A DNA stretch of 64,000 nucleotides from Eledone cirrhosa (Eukaryota). The stretch is taken from contig OZ024741.1 in the NCBI GenBank assembly GCA_964016885.1, positions 113,274,001-113,338,000 of the forward strand, given 5' to 3'. Under the pieces are notes generated by a model that saw only the letters and a program-made list of their open reading frames with translations, did not search any database and was not told the origin of the DNA. Below are positions 13,538-27,975 of this stretch, one piece after another. The translations under genes were made by a program, and so were the position numbers. Numbering within the stretch: the first letter of the stretch is position 1; each line of letters opens with the position of its first letter.

Positions 13538-14664
13538 TTTAGTTCTACACTGCCTCAGTATAATTAGATACCATACCATTTAGTTCTATACTGTCTCAGT
13601 ATTAGGAGATACTATACCATTTAGTTCTACACTGTCTCAGTATTACAACATACCATACTATTTAGTTGTACACTCTCTCTGTATTACAACATACCATATC
13701 ATTTAGATCTACACTGTTTCAGTATTACTAGATACTATACCATTTAGTTCTACATTGTCTCAGTATTACTAGATACCATACCATTTAGTTCTACATTGTC
13801 TCAGTATTACAACATACCATATCATTTAGTTCTACACTGTCTCAGTATTACTAGATACCATACCATTTAATTCTATACTGTTTCAGTATTACTAGATACC
13901 ATACCATTTAGTTCTATACTATCTCAGTATTACTAGATACCAAATCATTTAGTTCTACACTGTCTCAGTATTACTAGATACCATACCATTTAGTTCTATA
14001 CTATCTCAGTATTACTAGATACTATACCATTTAGTTCTATATTGTCTCAGTATTACAACATACCATATCATTTAGTTCTACACTGTCTCAGTATTACTAG
14101 ATACCATACCATTTAGTTCTATACTGTCTCAGTATTACTAGATACCATACCATTTAGTTCTATACTGTCTCAGTATTACTAGATACCATACCATTTAGTT
14201 CTATACTGTCTCAGTATTACTAGATACCATACCATTTAGTTCTATACTGTCTCAGTATTACTAGATACCATACCATTTAGTTCTATACTATCTCAGTATT
14301 ACTAGATACCATACCATTTAGTTCTACACTGTCTCAGTATTACTAGATACCATACCATTTAGTTCTATACTGTCTCAGTATTACTAGATACCATACCATT
14401 TAGTTCTATACTGTCTCAGTATTACTAGATACCATACCATTTAGTTCTATACTGTCTCAGTATTACTAGATACCATACCATTTAGTTCTATACTATCTCA
14501 GTATTACTAGATACCATACCATTTAGTTCTACACTGTCTCAGTATTACTAGATACCATACCATTTAGTTCTATACTGTCTCAGTATTACTAGATACCATA
14601 CCATTTAGTTCTATACTGTCTCAGTATTACTAGATACCATACCATTTAGTTCTACACTGTCTCA
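13538..14664. repeat. 41-bp minisatellite, right block, mostly monomeric (some 39-bp variants)
   Basis: ATACCATACCATTTAGTTCTATACTGTCTCAGTATTACTAG; period 41 (14101 to 14142). Confidence 0.97.
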
Positions 14665-16034
14665 TTTTTGTAGCTGCACCACCTTACAGTTCACACAAAC
14701 ACTCAAGATATCATCTTTTCTCATTTAGGTTAATTATTTTGATAGTTTTTAACACATAATTATCTGAGTGAGAAATAAAACACTACCCCCACTGCCCTCT
14801 TTTCTTGTCTTTGGTTAACACAAATAGTTCTCCTGTTTGTAAATTTGTTACATATAAAATGACATACACAGGCATAAGGTCACACACATGCACATACATA
14901 GTATCGCACACACACACGTATATATATGCATAAGATCCAACACACACATATACAACCACACACACAAACACACACACACACACAAACAGCCGCACGCACA
15001 TACAACCACATGCAGACATATAGATACACACATACAAGCACATACACACACACAGATGCAGCTAAATACACACACACAGACATGCACATATGTAAGATCA
15101 CTCATACACAAACAATTGGAAATCTATCTTAATGTTATTTATATAGTTATACCGCTGATGTTCCACTCAAGAAAATGATTTTCCTTTCAGGAAAGTGTTT
15201 TCTCAAGAGCAAGCTGCTTTATGCAGCCTTAAAACATTTTCTCCTAAATGAATCCTCTCAGTGTTTAAAGAAAGAAGAGCTGTTTATTATATTATTTCAC
15301 ACTTTATATCACCCCCCCCCCTCCCCCTTTTCCTATTTCTGCCTGCATCTTTTATCTTTTATTAATACTGAAATTGATATATTATGTTATTGAGCCAAGT
15401 GCTTCTAAGAACAACTGTGCTACAACTTCAACCTTTTCATGAACCCCATCACTCAAGCAACAGTGACTATTTTTTCTGTTTCTAAAGGGGGAAATACAAA
15501 GATAAATGAAATAACCCCTCTGTCCACCCTTTCTCATTTCTCCTATATTCTATCTTTTGGATTTCAAGTGTCAATGGCGTAGGCATTATCATATCTCCTT
15601 TATAAAGCACAAATGTATTTAACCTGTTGTTTCTACACCAACCTCCTGATCAACGTTGATGTCAGTCAAAATCTTATCATATTGCTTTTCAGTTATTTCT
15701 TGTCTTAGGTCAGTGTTGCCTCTACTATGTTCACAGAATTTATATTCTAAGTGTATCAATTCCTCTATATTATAAGTGTTAATTCATATCTCTTCATGTG
15801 TCAAACTGAAATCACTTACAGATATATCCTTTTTCTTTTAGTGATCTCAGCCATTTGTCTGTGTTGATAGTGAGGTACCACCTTCAGTTGGTTCATCATA
15901 TCAGCCACAGTATTTTCTTTTTCCTGTCTGGTTCTCTTTTTTGTTGAACTGCTAAATTACGGGACATAGACACTAACAATAGTGCGTTAATAAGTAAGAA
16001 AAAAGCATGGTTGAACTGAGAGAGAAACTGATTA

Positions 16035-17772
16035 CATCGTGTAACAAAAAAATGTTTCTTCTCTGTTCCTGGCTTGTAATCACATTTTTGTGTTGCTTAG
16101 GTCCCAAATAAATTTTTAAAAAGTGCTATTAAACAGTTAAAAGTTTGGGTTTGTAAAAATTCTAAGCTATTCACTAGAATTATTTGTATGCTGGATTTTA
16201 CGTTGTATGTAAGTTTAATTTGCTTATGTTAAATGATTTTTTTATATATGTTTCAGGTTAAATTAAAATGATAAAATAAAGAGTAATACCTAAAGAAAAT
16301 TATAAAAGTGCAATAAAATATAAAATTGTTAAAAAGTGGATTAAAGAGATTTATTGATACTGGATTTTCGCACCCTGAATAAAGGGTAAGTTGAGTTTTA
16401 AGCATTCGTCTCCAGGATGAAGCAGTGGAACTTGGTCAAGGAGGAAGTGCAGGTGACAAGTCAGAGAAGTCGACACAAACCTTTCTCAGGCTTTTACACT
16501 CTTAGGGATGGCCTCTGCTTCTGCAATGACATGCCTGGACTGTTTGACGTTATTGGGGTCCCGTTTGTGCCCAAGGAGTGGCGGCTATTTATAGACAGCT
16601 CCACCACAAGTTTGAAGGCTGTCCTCCTCCAAAATGGAAACAAGTTCCCGACACTGCCCCTAGCTCATTCAGTCTGCCTGAAGGAAGATTACTACAGTGT
16701 GAAGGTCCTCTTGGAAGCTCTGCAATACAACCAGTACAATTGGGAAATCATTGGAGACTTCAAGATGGTGGCTTTCCTGCTTGGACTCCAAGGAGGCTTT
16801 ATAAAATTCCAATGCTTCCTCTGCCTTTGGGACAGCAGAGCCACCTCTGACCACTACAAAAGAAAGAACTGGGAGCAGCGAACAGAATTTGTAGTTGGGA
16901 CCCGGAATGTCATGTGGGAGCCACTGGTTGATCCCAGGATTGTGCTCATGCCGCCACTGCACACTAAGTTGGGGTTGATGAAGCAGTTTGTGAAGGCTCT
17001 CAACCAAGAATCAACCGCTTTTAAGTACCTTCTTGAGTTCTTCCCCAAGTTATCTGAGGCCAAAATCAAAAGTGGAATTTTTGTTGGACCTCAGATAAAG
17101 AAGGTGTTTGAGTCTACCGAGTTCTCCAATAAGCTCAATAGGATTGAGAGAACAGCATGGATCTATTTCAAGGCAGTTGTTAAGGGCTTCCTGGGCAACT
17201 ACAGAGCTGAAAACTACCAGCAACTGGTGCAGGAGCTGATAAAGGCTTTTGGCGCCATGGGATGCAGGATGTCGCTTAAACTCCATATGCTGAACTCTCA
17301 CCTGGAAAAATTCAAGGAAATATGGGCGCCTACTCAGAAGAACAAGGCGAACGATTCCACCAAGATGTGAAAGAGATAGAGCGGAGGTACCAGGGCCACT
17401 GCAATGAAAAAATGATGGGGGACTATATCTGGGGGCTAGTGCAGGAATGTGACCTGGACTACAACCGCAAATCCAGGAAATCCAGTCATTTCTGACGTGT
17501 ATAAGTTGCTTTATAAGTGCTATTTGTTTTTACTTGTTTGCTTTTGATAAGCTTGTGTAATAAAATAAATATATACTCTGTTGATTTAATTATATGAACT
17601 GATAAATTTTAAAAAAATGTGTTTTTCTTGAAAAATATGAAAATTTTGAAATATCAAACTTTTGACCAGAAACCCAAACTTCTCATTAAATAATAGTTTT
17701 TTAATAATAATGGGATATAACAAACCAGGAACTAATACTTAGAACTGTGGAACAAAAATAAGTTACACGGTG
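16035..17772 (+). mobile_element. Chapaev3-like (CMC superfamily) DNA transposon, probably internally deleted
   Basis: Ends CATCGTGTAAC (16035) and GTTACACGGTG (17772). TTA on both flanks (16032-16034, 17773-17775) fits a TWA TSD. Removing it rejoins an RTE frame ELREKLI|IRGIRYCEQERRL. Confidence 0.85.
16417..17495 (+). pseudogene. Chapaev3-type transposase core with one frameshift near 17320
   Basis: WRLFIDSS..SLKAVLL, GDFKMVAFLLGLQGG..CFLCLWDSRA, PPLHTKLGLMKQFVKAL, GIFVGPQI, MSLKLHMLNSH; after the shift NMGAYSEEQGERFHQD..ERRYQG..MMGDYIW..SHF* (TGA 17493-17495). The family name is from motif recall. Confidence 0.85.
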
Positions 17773-17775
17773 TTA

Positions 17776-18066
17776 TAAGAGGAATCAGATATTGTGAGCA
17801 GGAGAGAAGATTGCACTTATATGGACATGTAATAAACTTGGATGGTGATTTTGGGGTGAAGAAATGACAAGAAATTCCAGTGGAAGTAAGCTGCAATAGC
17901 GAAAGACCAAGGAAAACCTGGATGGAAATGATGAGAGGTGATTTCAAACTGCTGAAGCTCACAAAGGAGATGACAAAGGAACATGCTGAGTGGAGGGATA
18001 TTGTGCTTAAAAGGACCCATCGAACCTATGCATGCATGGAAAAGCAGACTTAAAATGATGATGATC
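17776..18066 (+). mobile_element. RTE LINE 3' remnant (host of the Chapaev insertion; left part ~16000-16034)
   Basis: QERRLHLYGHV...RPRKTW and a CATGCATGGAAAA..ATGATGATGA tail. Confidence 0.75.
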
Positions 18067-21000
18067 ATTAAGATGTATACAAGAGTTGAGCTAAAGAGGA
18101 GATTTAATCTTCTGTCTTTGCCTCAGTTCCTATATATTCATACTCGGTGGATAAGTTCTATAAAATGATTCATACCACTATGAATTAGTAACATCCATGT
18201 TGTGTGCTAAGTGTAGCTTACATTCAGATTATTTCCTGTTAAAATTACACCCTTCTTCTTTGTTTTCTTCACCTACTTATACCTGAGAAGGTCGTGAGGG
18301 CAGAGTCCTCAAACACTCCCCCCAGAGCTCTTCTGCTAGTTGTGACATAAGCGGGCAACTGCTAGACAAATAAGTAACCCCGGACCAACAGCGGTATACT
18401 ACTTGGGGAGATGGAGCAATGGGTGACACCAGTGACCCCCCCCTCTCTTAACCTCACTCTCCCTTTCTCAATTTCTTTGTTTATTCTCTCTTTAAATGTT
18501 TATGGAACCAGCATTAAAGTGAAGAATTCTCAAACTGTTTTGACATGATTTCTACACATAAATACCATTCCTAATGCTAAGCACTTTGCAGAGTGTACTG
18601 GGTGCATTTTTCTGTAGCAACAATACTAGAGAGATTGTTCTGTCGACTTAACTGAAGAAAATTTATCTATTTACAAACAGTTGAATACCCTTCCTAATAC
18701 TTTGGAGAGTGTATTGTGTGCAATTTTTTGTAGTACAATCACTAGTGAGATTGTCAATATCCTAAATGTAACTGAAGAAAATTCATTTAACTACAAACAC
18801 TACTCTTTCTAAATTAGAGTGTCTCCCAAACTGTCCATCCTTTTTAATGGGTTTCCATTTTCTTAAAAGTATTAGTGCAAAAATTTACTGGCCGAATTAA
18901 CAAGAAATCAGTTTGGTGCAGTAAATCACAATGTCATTAATGGTGCCATAAACTCTGCAGAAATATTTTGTAAAGCTATGCAAGGTTAACTCTCTAGCCA
19001 TTTCTTATTGATTCCCAATGATTCAGTTGAATATCATTTTAGATGCTCTATTTATCAACAGGAACATTTAGCAACAAACATTATACTTTAGCATATGCAG
19101 AGTCAGACTGCTTCTGTGCAGTTGCTAGAAATAGCAACCAAATTTCCATCATACCACTACCCTCTTCTAAATAGGAGCTATTTTTGTTTTTAATTCTTAA
19201 CAAAGGTAATGTAATCAGTGTACTTCTAATTAGTTTAATGAATCACAATCATGTTGCAACTGCTATCTTTACAAATTTAAAGAGAGTAAATATTGTAGTT
19301 GATACATAAATTATAAATAAATTAGTAGAAAGTCATTTAGTGCAATATTATCTTTAATAAACAATTCATAACAAATTAATTCTCAACAAAATAATTTTTT
19401 GGCTAATGCACCAATACTGGAATTCATATAAATTATAGTACTTTTAGAGTTCCTTTCAAACTTCAACTTAACCATATTAATACCAAATTCTCTGAACTTG
19501 CCACTGGTGCTACTATAAAAAGCTATTTGATTTTTTAAAGTATTTAAATTTATCTAAAACCTTCCATCATAACTCAACAAAAACCTTTATGTTCCAAACA
19601 CCAACTTAATATTGTGGAAGTTAGCTATTTTACAAAGTCTCTCCTCCTTAAATTAAGATTTTCCAATATAATTTTATTTAAAAACATTTTGTTATGTTAC
19701 TGATATCATCTTAATGAAAATATGATTTTAATAAACACTCCAAAATTTCTTATTAATTAATCAAAATTCAAAGTATATCAATAGAAATACAGTAACCAAA
19801 GGTTTAATAAATTATATTATTCATTTATACAATGGTTTGCTTTTGTAGAAACAAAAATCTCTTAAACAGGTGTATGTCAAGTGTGTATGTGGTCAGGACA
19901 GTCTTAACAGCATTATAAGTCCCAGGCCAATGTAGTGCACTGAGGTCCCTATATACACAAAAAAAGCAGATATAAAATAGCACTGCAACCCTTAACCTTT
20001 TAGAATGCCCCAGCCAACTTCTCAGTGTGCTCATTCCTTAAAACAGCAGTGCTTATAGAATTTTGAACCTTCCATTCAATGAACGAAGCTATACTGAAAT
20101 ATCTATTGATTAACACAATGTTGTTGGTAGTAGTAATACTTTTTCCTCTCCATTCTTGTTTTTTGTTTTATTTTCTGGCAGCAGCAAACACGTTTTTGCT
20201 TTTGGTTTTAAGTATTAGAGAATTATATAGAAACACCATGTTATTGAAATTTTGAATAAAATAGTAGAAAGCTGTCTAGTGCAATCATTTTTTTTTTTCA
20301 AATGAATAATTTATTGTAAACAAGTTATCCATCCACAAAATGAAATTTTAGCAAATACACCATTGCTAGAGTTCATATGAATTATAATACTTTCAATAAC
20401 ATTGTGTTTTTATATAATTCTCTTATACTTAAAATAATATAGCAATTAAATTAAATATTAAGAAAAAACTATGGTTTATTTAATTTAATTAATGAGAAAT
20501 ATAAATTTTCAGCAAGACTGCTCTCATTGCAAAAGAATTAAACAACCAACAAGAAAGGAGCTTACAATATCTTATTGTCTCCTGAAAGGTTGTGATAAGA
20601 GAGTCTTCGACCATAGGTTTGCTGATTAAAGGCTGACATATTTCTTCTCCTCAGTTAGAAGGAAGGGAAGCCATGATGTCCCTTCATTTTATTCATGCCT
20701 ACTGTGACAGGTGTGTATGTATGTGTGTGTGAAAGGAGAGAGTTGGGGGAGAAGAGGATGAACCCCAAGACCTAACTTGAATTCTCGCAATAGAATGGAA
20801 ATTGCTAAAGGCACCCAAGGTTAAACTTTTTGATATCATTTTTATAATAAATGATGCTGCCTATAATTTTCAAATTTTAGATAAATATTAACAATTTAAA
20901 ATGAAACATTTTGTTTGATAGAACCAGAAACAGTATCAGTGGATTATAGCAAATTTAAACTCATAATGCAAAGAATCAGAACATAATGCAAAGAATCAGA

Positions 21001-21200
21001 ACAAATACTTCTGGAAATTCTAACTGAGATGTTCTTAACTGGGGTTAAATGATAACACTGAGCATAAAATTCAGATAACTAAACAAATATATGCCACCAT
21101 AATAGAAAAAAACGCATTTCAAGCTGAATAACTTGTATATAGCATTAATAACAATTTGTTATATCATAAGGATATCATAACACATGGATATTATAACATA

Positions 21201-21395
21201 AGGGCAGTAGATTGGCAGTATCAATTGAGGGTCGAACGCCATGTTTTGCAGCATAGAGTTATGGCCCTTTATGATCGGAGTTCAAATCCCACCGAGGTTA
21301 ACTTTGCCTTTCATCCTTACGGGGTCGATAAAATAAAGTACCAGTAATGCACTGGGGTATTTACTGGCCTTGTGTCAAAAGTAGAAACAATTATA
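21201..21395 (+). mobile_element. tRNA-derived SINE with a Meta-domain-like centre
   Basis: A box TGGCAGTATC, B box GAGTTCAAATCCC, centre GAGGTTAACTTTGCCTTTCATCCTTACGGGGTCGATAAAATAAAGTACCAG, tail GTAGAAACAATTA. Confidence 0.85.
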
Positions 21396-23579
21396 ACATT
21401 AGTATAAAATAATATAATAATGTCATATTGCTAGAATATCAAAATACAATAACATCATATCACAAATATAGCACACCACAATGACATCACATCACAAGAA
21501 TATCATAATAAAATATCATTAAGATATTATAAAACATTGGCATGGTGTCATAATACTACCATAGTACAAGGATATCATACTACAAGCATATACATTTAAG
21601 AGAGTGTAGAGCTGTTGTGAATTTCACTGGTTGGCACTGGATGGGCTTTTGTAGTATCTCCCTGTGTTCCAGTGTCTGTTTGACATGCCACTCAGTGAAC
21701 TGATGATGTGCAATATATGCTCATTCAAGCTGAGCACCTAGCCTCTCTTAGTTTGAAGACTAGCCTGTGTGGTGAAAAGTCACATCCTACATGAGGTACC
21801 TCTGATATTGCAGAACAGGCTGGGTCTAGAGGAGAAAGCCTTGATAGAAATCCTGCCTTGATAGAAATCCTGCATGTGACAATTATCAATTTAGTTAGAT
21901 GACCTTGGTGTCATAAACACTAGTGGCTTTGCAGATGAGTGACTATTAATTCAATAATGAGTTGGCTCCAGTTAGTTGAGAAATCTAAAAGTGTGCAGGT
22001 GTGGCGAGCTACATATATTCTAGAAGATCATAAATACATCATAGGACAATGACATCATATCACTAGAATATCATAAAGTAAATTATACTCTAACAATACC
22101 ACATCACAACTTTATAACACAGTGACACCATATCACAAATTTATGATAATACAATAACATCATATATTAAATATATCATAACACATTGACATCATATATC
22201 AAATATATTGTAACACATTGACATCATGTCACAAGTGTATCATAACATCAAGTTACAAGAAGGCTTCATTGTTGGCTTGCTAGAAACTCTCTCATTTAAA
22301 TTGGGCTCTCTCATAGGAACAGCAATAAAATTAACTGCTGAAAGGCATTACATTTTTGGACATATATCATCTTCGGGCTGTTTTTCAATAAGAAATTGGC
22401 TAGAGTTTATTGCTGATAGGAAAATTTCCCTTTGGCATCAGTAATATCTAAATAACTTTATAGAAAAGCTGTGTGGAATCTTGATGATGTAACAATATCA
22501 TAGCTAATACAGAGAACCTCAAAGAATCAAGGCTTGCAATCATTCTTTTAGTTCCACTTTTGTTATTTGGTGTGTCATCCTTATGGTCCAAATGGGTTGT
22601 AAATTGTACTTAACAGAACAGATAAAGCAACAACAAAAAATCATTGGAAAAGTTAGCTAACTGATAAGTTTGTCCTAACCCTACTCTCCAATCAGCCATT
22701 AAAACGGTTATCAACTTACAGCTACTGGTGTTTATGATTGCTACTGTTGACATTATTGTATTGTTGGTTTAATGTCCATTTTTAAGCTACATTCTCTTTC
22801 ATACAAGTTTCTTCACTATTTTAATCACCAACACAGTTGTGTGCACGTATGTGTGTGTATGAATGTGTGAGTTTTGTGAATGTGTGTGTATGAATGTGTG
22901 AGTTTTGTGAATGTGTGTGTATGAATGTGTGAGTTTTGTGAATGTGTCGGTCTGTGAGTGCATGATAAACACACTGTGAGGTCATTTTCTTATTATTTCT
23001 ATATTTCCCATCTTCAGTATAGTGAAAAGTAAATAAAGTATCAATCTCAATCTCTAAGTTACTCATCTTTTCTCTTTTTGCCTGGATATCTCTTTACCTA
23101 TCCATCTATCCATCCATCCATTTATTATTTATCTAGCTATTACCTATATAACTCTCTATCCATCTGTCTATCCACCAAGACAGCAATGCACACATGCACC
23201 AATCCATCCATCCATCCAACCATACATCTATCTATTCATTTATACATTCATACATCCATTTATCTGGCTATACAACCATTCATCCATTTATCTGACTATA
23301 CACCCATCCATTCATCTATCTATACCACTGTATCCACCCATTTCTTCAACTATCTATACCTCTGTCTATCCATCCACCTGTCTATCCACCCATCCACCTA
23401 TCTATCTATATATCATCCATCCTAATATATCATCCATTATTTTTGTCACCACTTTACTCTCTCTCTCTATCTCTATTCACACACATTTTATCTTACCAAC
23501 TTCATTTACACTCTCTATCACAAAACAGTTCTTTCTATTTATCAATTTGGCTTTTTCTCCCTTAACAATCCAACCGTGT

Positions 23580-23582
<3 letters not shown>

Positions 23583-23643
<61 letters not shown>
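23583..23643. repeat. (CT)n microsatellite, representative; others include (CA)n 24912-25000, (AG)n 29391-29445 and 36278-36340, (AAT)n 47843-47898, (TA)n 60791-60843
   Basis: Direct reading. Confidence 0.97.
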
Positions 23644-23645
<2 letters not shown>

Positions 23646-24911
23646 TCCCCTTTCTCTATCTCTCTCTTTGTCTATCCCCTCTTTCTCTTTCCTCAACTCC
23701 CTCTCTCATCGTCTATCTATCCCCCCTCCCCTCTCACTCCCTCATATAACACCTGCATGTCTTAGTGTTGAAATGAAAGTGTTTTATTCCTGAAGGTGTT
23801 ACATCAATGTCTAACACAAGCTGTCTTCTGTTACATTGTTGTAAGTTTTATAGCCAAATTCCACAGGGATGTTTGCCTCATTGTTGTTTAGTTTAGTTTT
23901 ATTTTGTTTGCTTTTAGCTGTTTTTTTTTCTGCAGTTGTAGCTGTAGAATGCAAGAATGCATATCACTTTGTTATTGGCTACAATGAACCAATTAAAGAC
24001 TTGATTTATTGCATGTTACCTTAGCAAGTTTATTTTGACAATAAAATTCATATGCACAGAACAAAAATCCATTTCTTTATTGCAAATATATGAGGAATTG
24101 TCATTTGGAGGAGCAAAAATAAATAAATAATAATAATTTCCATATTATTTTGTATTTATATTTCATATTTATATTTTGTTGTATGAAGTATTGCTATCTT
24201 TTTTCTTTCTTATGCCATTTTTTAAAGATTTATTGTGGTTTTCTTGTATTTTTACTCTTTTACACTTTCAATCTTTTGTTGATTTTCATCATTGGACTGT
24301 GGTCATACTGGAGCTCTATTTTCAAGGAATGTAGTTAATCATAGCCCAGTACTTATATCATCGATCTCTATATATCAAATGATTAAGTTTCCTTTTGACA
24401 TAAAGGAATAGAATTTGATGCACCAGGTTTTTTTTATTTGTTTGTTTTTACTAGGTCTGGAGAAAGGCAGCTATGCCCATGACTTTTGCAAGCTCTCTGA
24501 GCCTCTGTGTTTGATGTTGTTCAGTTTAAATTGAAGCTGGTCAACTCCTGCATGAAAGACGTGTATGGAGGGAATTCCAGGGTGACAACATTGTGGGGAG
24601 GCAGAATTGGGTGCAGAGGCTAGAGTGAAGTCTGGGAAGCTGGATATAAGAGAAATGATGGATGTGACAGGAGTGTCTGTGTGGACATCTAGTTCTGAAG
24701 AGGAAAGACCATTGTAGTAACAGTAGACAAGAAAGAAGCAATAGAATACCTTTGGGCTAGAAGCTGTAGTGTATCTGTCACTGACTTTATAGCAATCAGA
24801 CAAATAGCCTGTTAAACAGAAAGACTGATTACTGTACAAATGTATTGAGTTTGTTTCATTTCTTTTCTTATGCATTCATACCTAGTGTACTATATTCACA
24901 CTTTACACACA

Positions 24912-25004
<93 letters not shown>

Positions 25005-25219
25005 GTATTATACCCGTGTAGCTGAACCAGTGCCTCAAGGGCAAGGGGTTTCATGCTTAAGTGCACTTTTCAAACTCAGAATACTTTTAAAAATTACAAG
25101 TACACAATTACCTGCAGACAAATCTAAAAATCTATAGAAAATGACTTTTCTATTTACAATTTATTTCTTATAAATAATGTAACAAAAATATGAATTATAC
25201 ACACACAACAATATCAATA

Positions 25220-25650
25220 TAGTAGTTAATAGTGTTCTATTGTATGGCTGCTCAGCATAGACCTTTACCTCAAAACTAAAAAGAATATTAGATGAAACCT
25301 GCACTCCCATGATAAGAGGGACTTTGAATGTCACTTGGAAAGAATGTCTGACCAATGAGCAACTGTATAGGAACCTTTGTCCAGCATCAGACATCACCAA
25401 AGGTCATAGAGTCAGATTCTCAAGCCATTGCTGGAGAGTTAATGACAAAATGTTTAGTAAAATTCTTTTGTGAAACCTACACAAGGAAGTGCTAGCAGAG
25501 GACAATAAGCCAAGTCCTATATCAACCAGATTTGTGATGACATAAACTGCAATCCCTCCGAGCTGCTGAATATGATGAACAATTGCATTGGATGGCACCA
25601 GAGAATCTAGAGAATCCATGCAAACAGTGCAACCTATTAGTTGAAGATAG
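25220..25650 (+). mobile_element. Degraded RTE-group LINE 3' fragment; paralogous to 32300-32790
   Basis: SVLLYGCSA-type sequence, clearly similar at DNA level to 32390-32780. Confidence 0.7.
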
Positions 25651-27570
25651 ATGGTCAATTTAATCTCTAAGTGCCAACGTTATATAATCTTGAAAAACCA
25701 CTTTTAATGTAAACCCACATATAAACTAATTTATGAAGAATGAAGGTAAAATTAGTAAAGCTATTTTAGGTTTCATTAATTAAAAGATTAGACAAAAACC
25801 ACCATTTTACTGTTATGGAATAACATCATGTTTGTAATCAAGTGGTTTAGTAGCATAGAGGCTAAACATAATTACAAATTTACTCAGTTTGATGATTTTA
25901 TCCCTCCATCAAAGACTTTGGCTTTTCAATAAGCTTAATGTTTCATTGTTCCTTTACTGATATTAATGACATTTATATTAATGTTGTAATATAGGCAACA
26001 AATTAACAGAGTCAAAGATGATGCTGATGATGAATAAGGTACTGAATTAGAGAAATTATTTATTTCGGTTTATTGTATTCTGAATTCAAATTCCATTGAG
26101 GTCAACTTTACCATTCACCTTTTCAGGGTCGATAAATAAAGTACTAGTCCAGGAGTAATTAATTGGTGGAATTGTTAAAGAGTTGGATGGTGTACTTTTT
26201 TGCATCTGATCCAGCTCTATGTGCTTTGATTTCATGTCCTGCCTCCTTCGAGTAGTAGTTGTAACTGTCAGAGAATATTAGCTGGCAATAGATGTGGCAA
26301 ATCATTGCAATAAGGCATCCATTAGAAAAAGCTATGATAAAATCAAGACTTTATCAAGGCGTCATCATCCCAAAGGAAGAATTAAAGATTGCTTGAAACT
26401 CATTACTTTTCCATGATAATTTCTTTTGGATTAAATGCAATAGCAGCAAGCTTTTTCAGTGTGGCTATGTATAGTTTCAATGGACCAGAGTTTTGTAAGG
26501 TTATTAGAATTTATATATTAGATTCCCGTGATAAAATTATTCCCTATTTAGAATTAAGTCTGATCATATCACTGTTCCTTAATGTAAATCTTTTGATAAT
26601 TGAGTCTAAGGATTTGAATCAGTACTGAATTTGAAGTTGTTAATTTCTTGGATATCACTTTAAATTAAATTATATATATATGATTCTCTGGCAGAAAACC
26701 TGATTAAAGTACCCTATATTTAAACAAACTAACTAATCATCCAATAATCTTTAAAAAAAAACTAGTCGGCAACATTAGTAGATGGGTTTCACAATTTCTT
26801 TTGATCAAGAGTCCTCAAAAAAGTTTGTTATTACACTAATGCTTTTGAAGAAAACTATTTTGGCAATAAAATACAATATTTTCAGAACACCAACAGTATG
26901 CACACAAATATGAATAGGGACAGAAAAACTACCTTTGTATTTTAAAGTTCTAGATCAAATACACAGATATTTTTCCTGTTTTTTACATGGATATAAAAAA
27001 ATATTGTAATGAAAACACAGAACATGTTAGTTGTAACTGCACGGGAGATCTCAATACTTTATTATCAAAACTCAACAAAAGTAATCATATAAATTCAAGC
27101 CCAATTACAAATAGGCACGCACATTGATCTCTGGACAATTATAATTTCCTTTCTTGTTAATTGATGGTGCTTTGATAAAACATATATATATCCCAAGCCA
27201 AAGTTTCTTCATCAGATAATATAGACAGAAACTATATTGGTTTTACAACCGATTCATTTAAAGGCTGACACACAACATATATTTCCACAATCTAGAATAC
27301 AGAAACACTACATTGGCTAAATATATCTGAAACCTAAAGATTTTCATTGAAATTAAAACCTTATATATCAATTGATTCAATTGTTGCCAAATCTCACTAG
27401 CAGTGACTTCTGCTTGTAGCATTACATACAAACACATACTAGTAATCTGTTCTAAATAAATCTTTCCTAAAATACATATTTTAAATTATTTTAAAATTCT
27501 GTTTTGCTTTCATTCGATTTTTAAAATGAAATTTCATCAAATTATTATTTTCTTTTTTACCGATCCCTAG

Positions 27571-27844
27571 GTATTTGGCTACAACACATTTTGAACCAGC
27601 CACTGCCCGGTTGGCATTTCCTTGTTTTGATGAACCAGCTAAGAAAGCCAATTTCACACTTTTTATGGTGAGAGAGCAACGCCACAACACTCTGTTTAAC
27701 ATGCCTTTAAAAGCAACCACATCTTACATTCACGGACTTTTCTTGGATTCATTTGGAACTACACCAAAAATGAGTACCTACTTAGTCTCATTTGTCGTAT
27801 CTGACTTTGTATCAGTCAGTGGGGAGACCAAAAATGGGATTAAG
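27571..27844 (+). CDS. Internal coding exon of an M1-family zinc aminopeptidase (ERAP1/LNPEP/aminopeptidase N-like, N-terminal domain)
   Basis: Pyrimidine tract plus CCCTAG acceptor ending 27570; AAG|GTAAGT donor at 27845. Encodes YLATTHFEPATARLAFPCFDEPAKKANF..NMPL..TPKMSTYLVSFVVSDF..TKNGIK, the ARxAFPCFDEP and MSTYL signatures. Confidence 0.96.
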
Positions 27845-27975
27845 GTAAGTCACCTACATCTTTTCACTGCTCCATCTCTCTTAATTTCTCTTTCTGTTCC
27901 TTTCTATCATGTTTCTTTCTTTAGTTTGTATGTATATATATATATATATATATGGAATAACAAATTATTGTTATA

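Noticed and set aside
11896-14664. CRISPR-like regular array
   Set aside because: Contiguous 41-bp units with no unique spacers and no cas genes, in a eukaryotic context.
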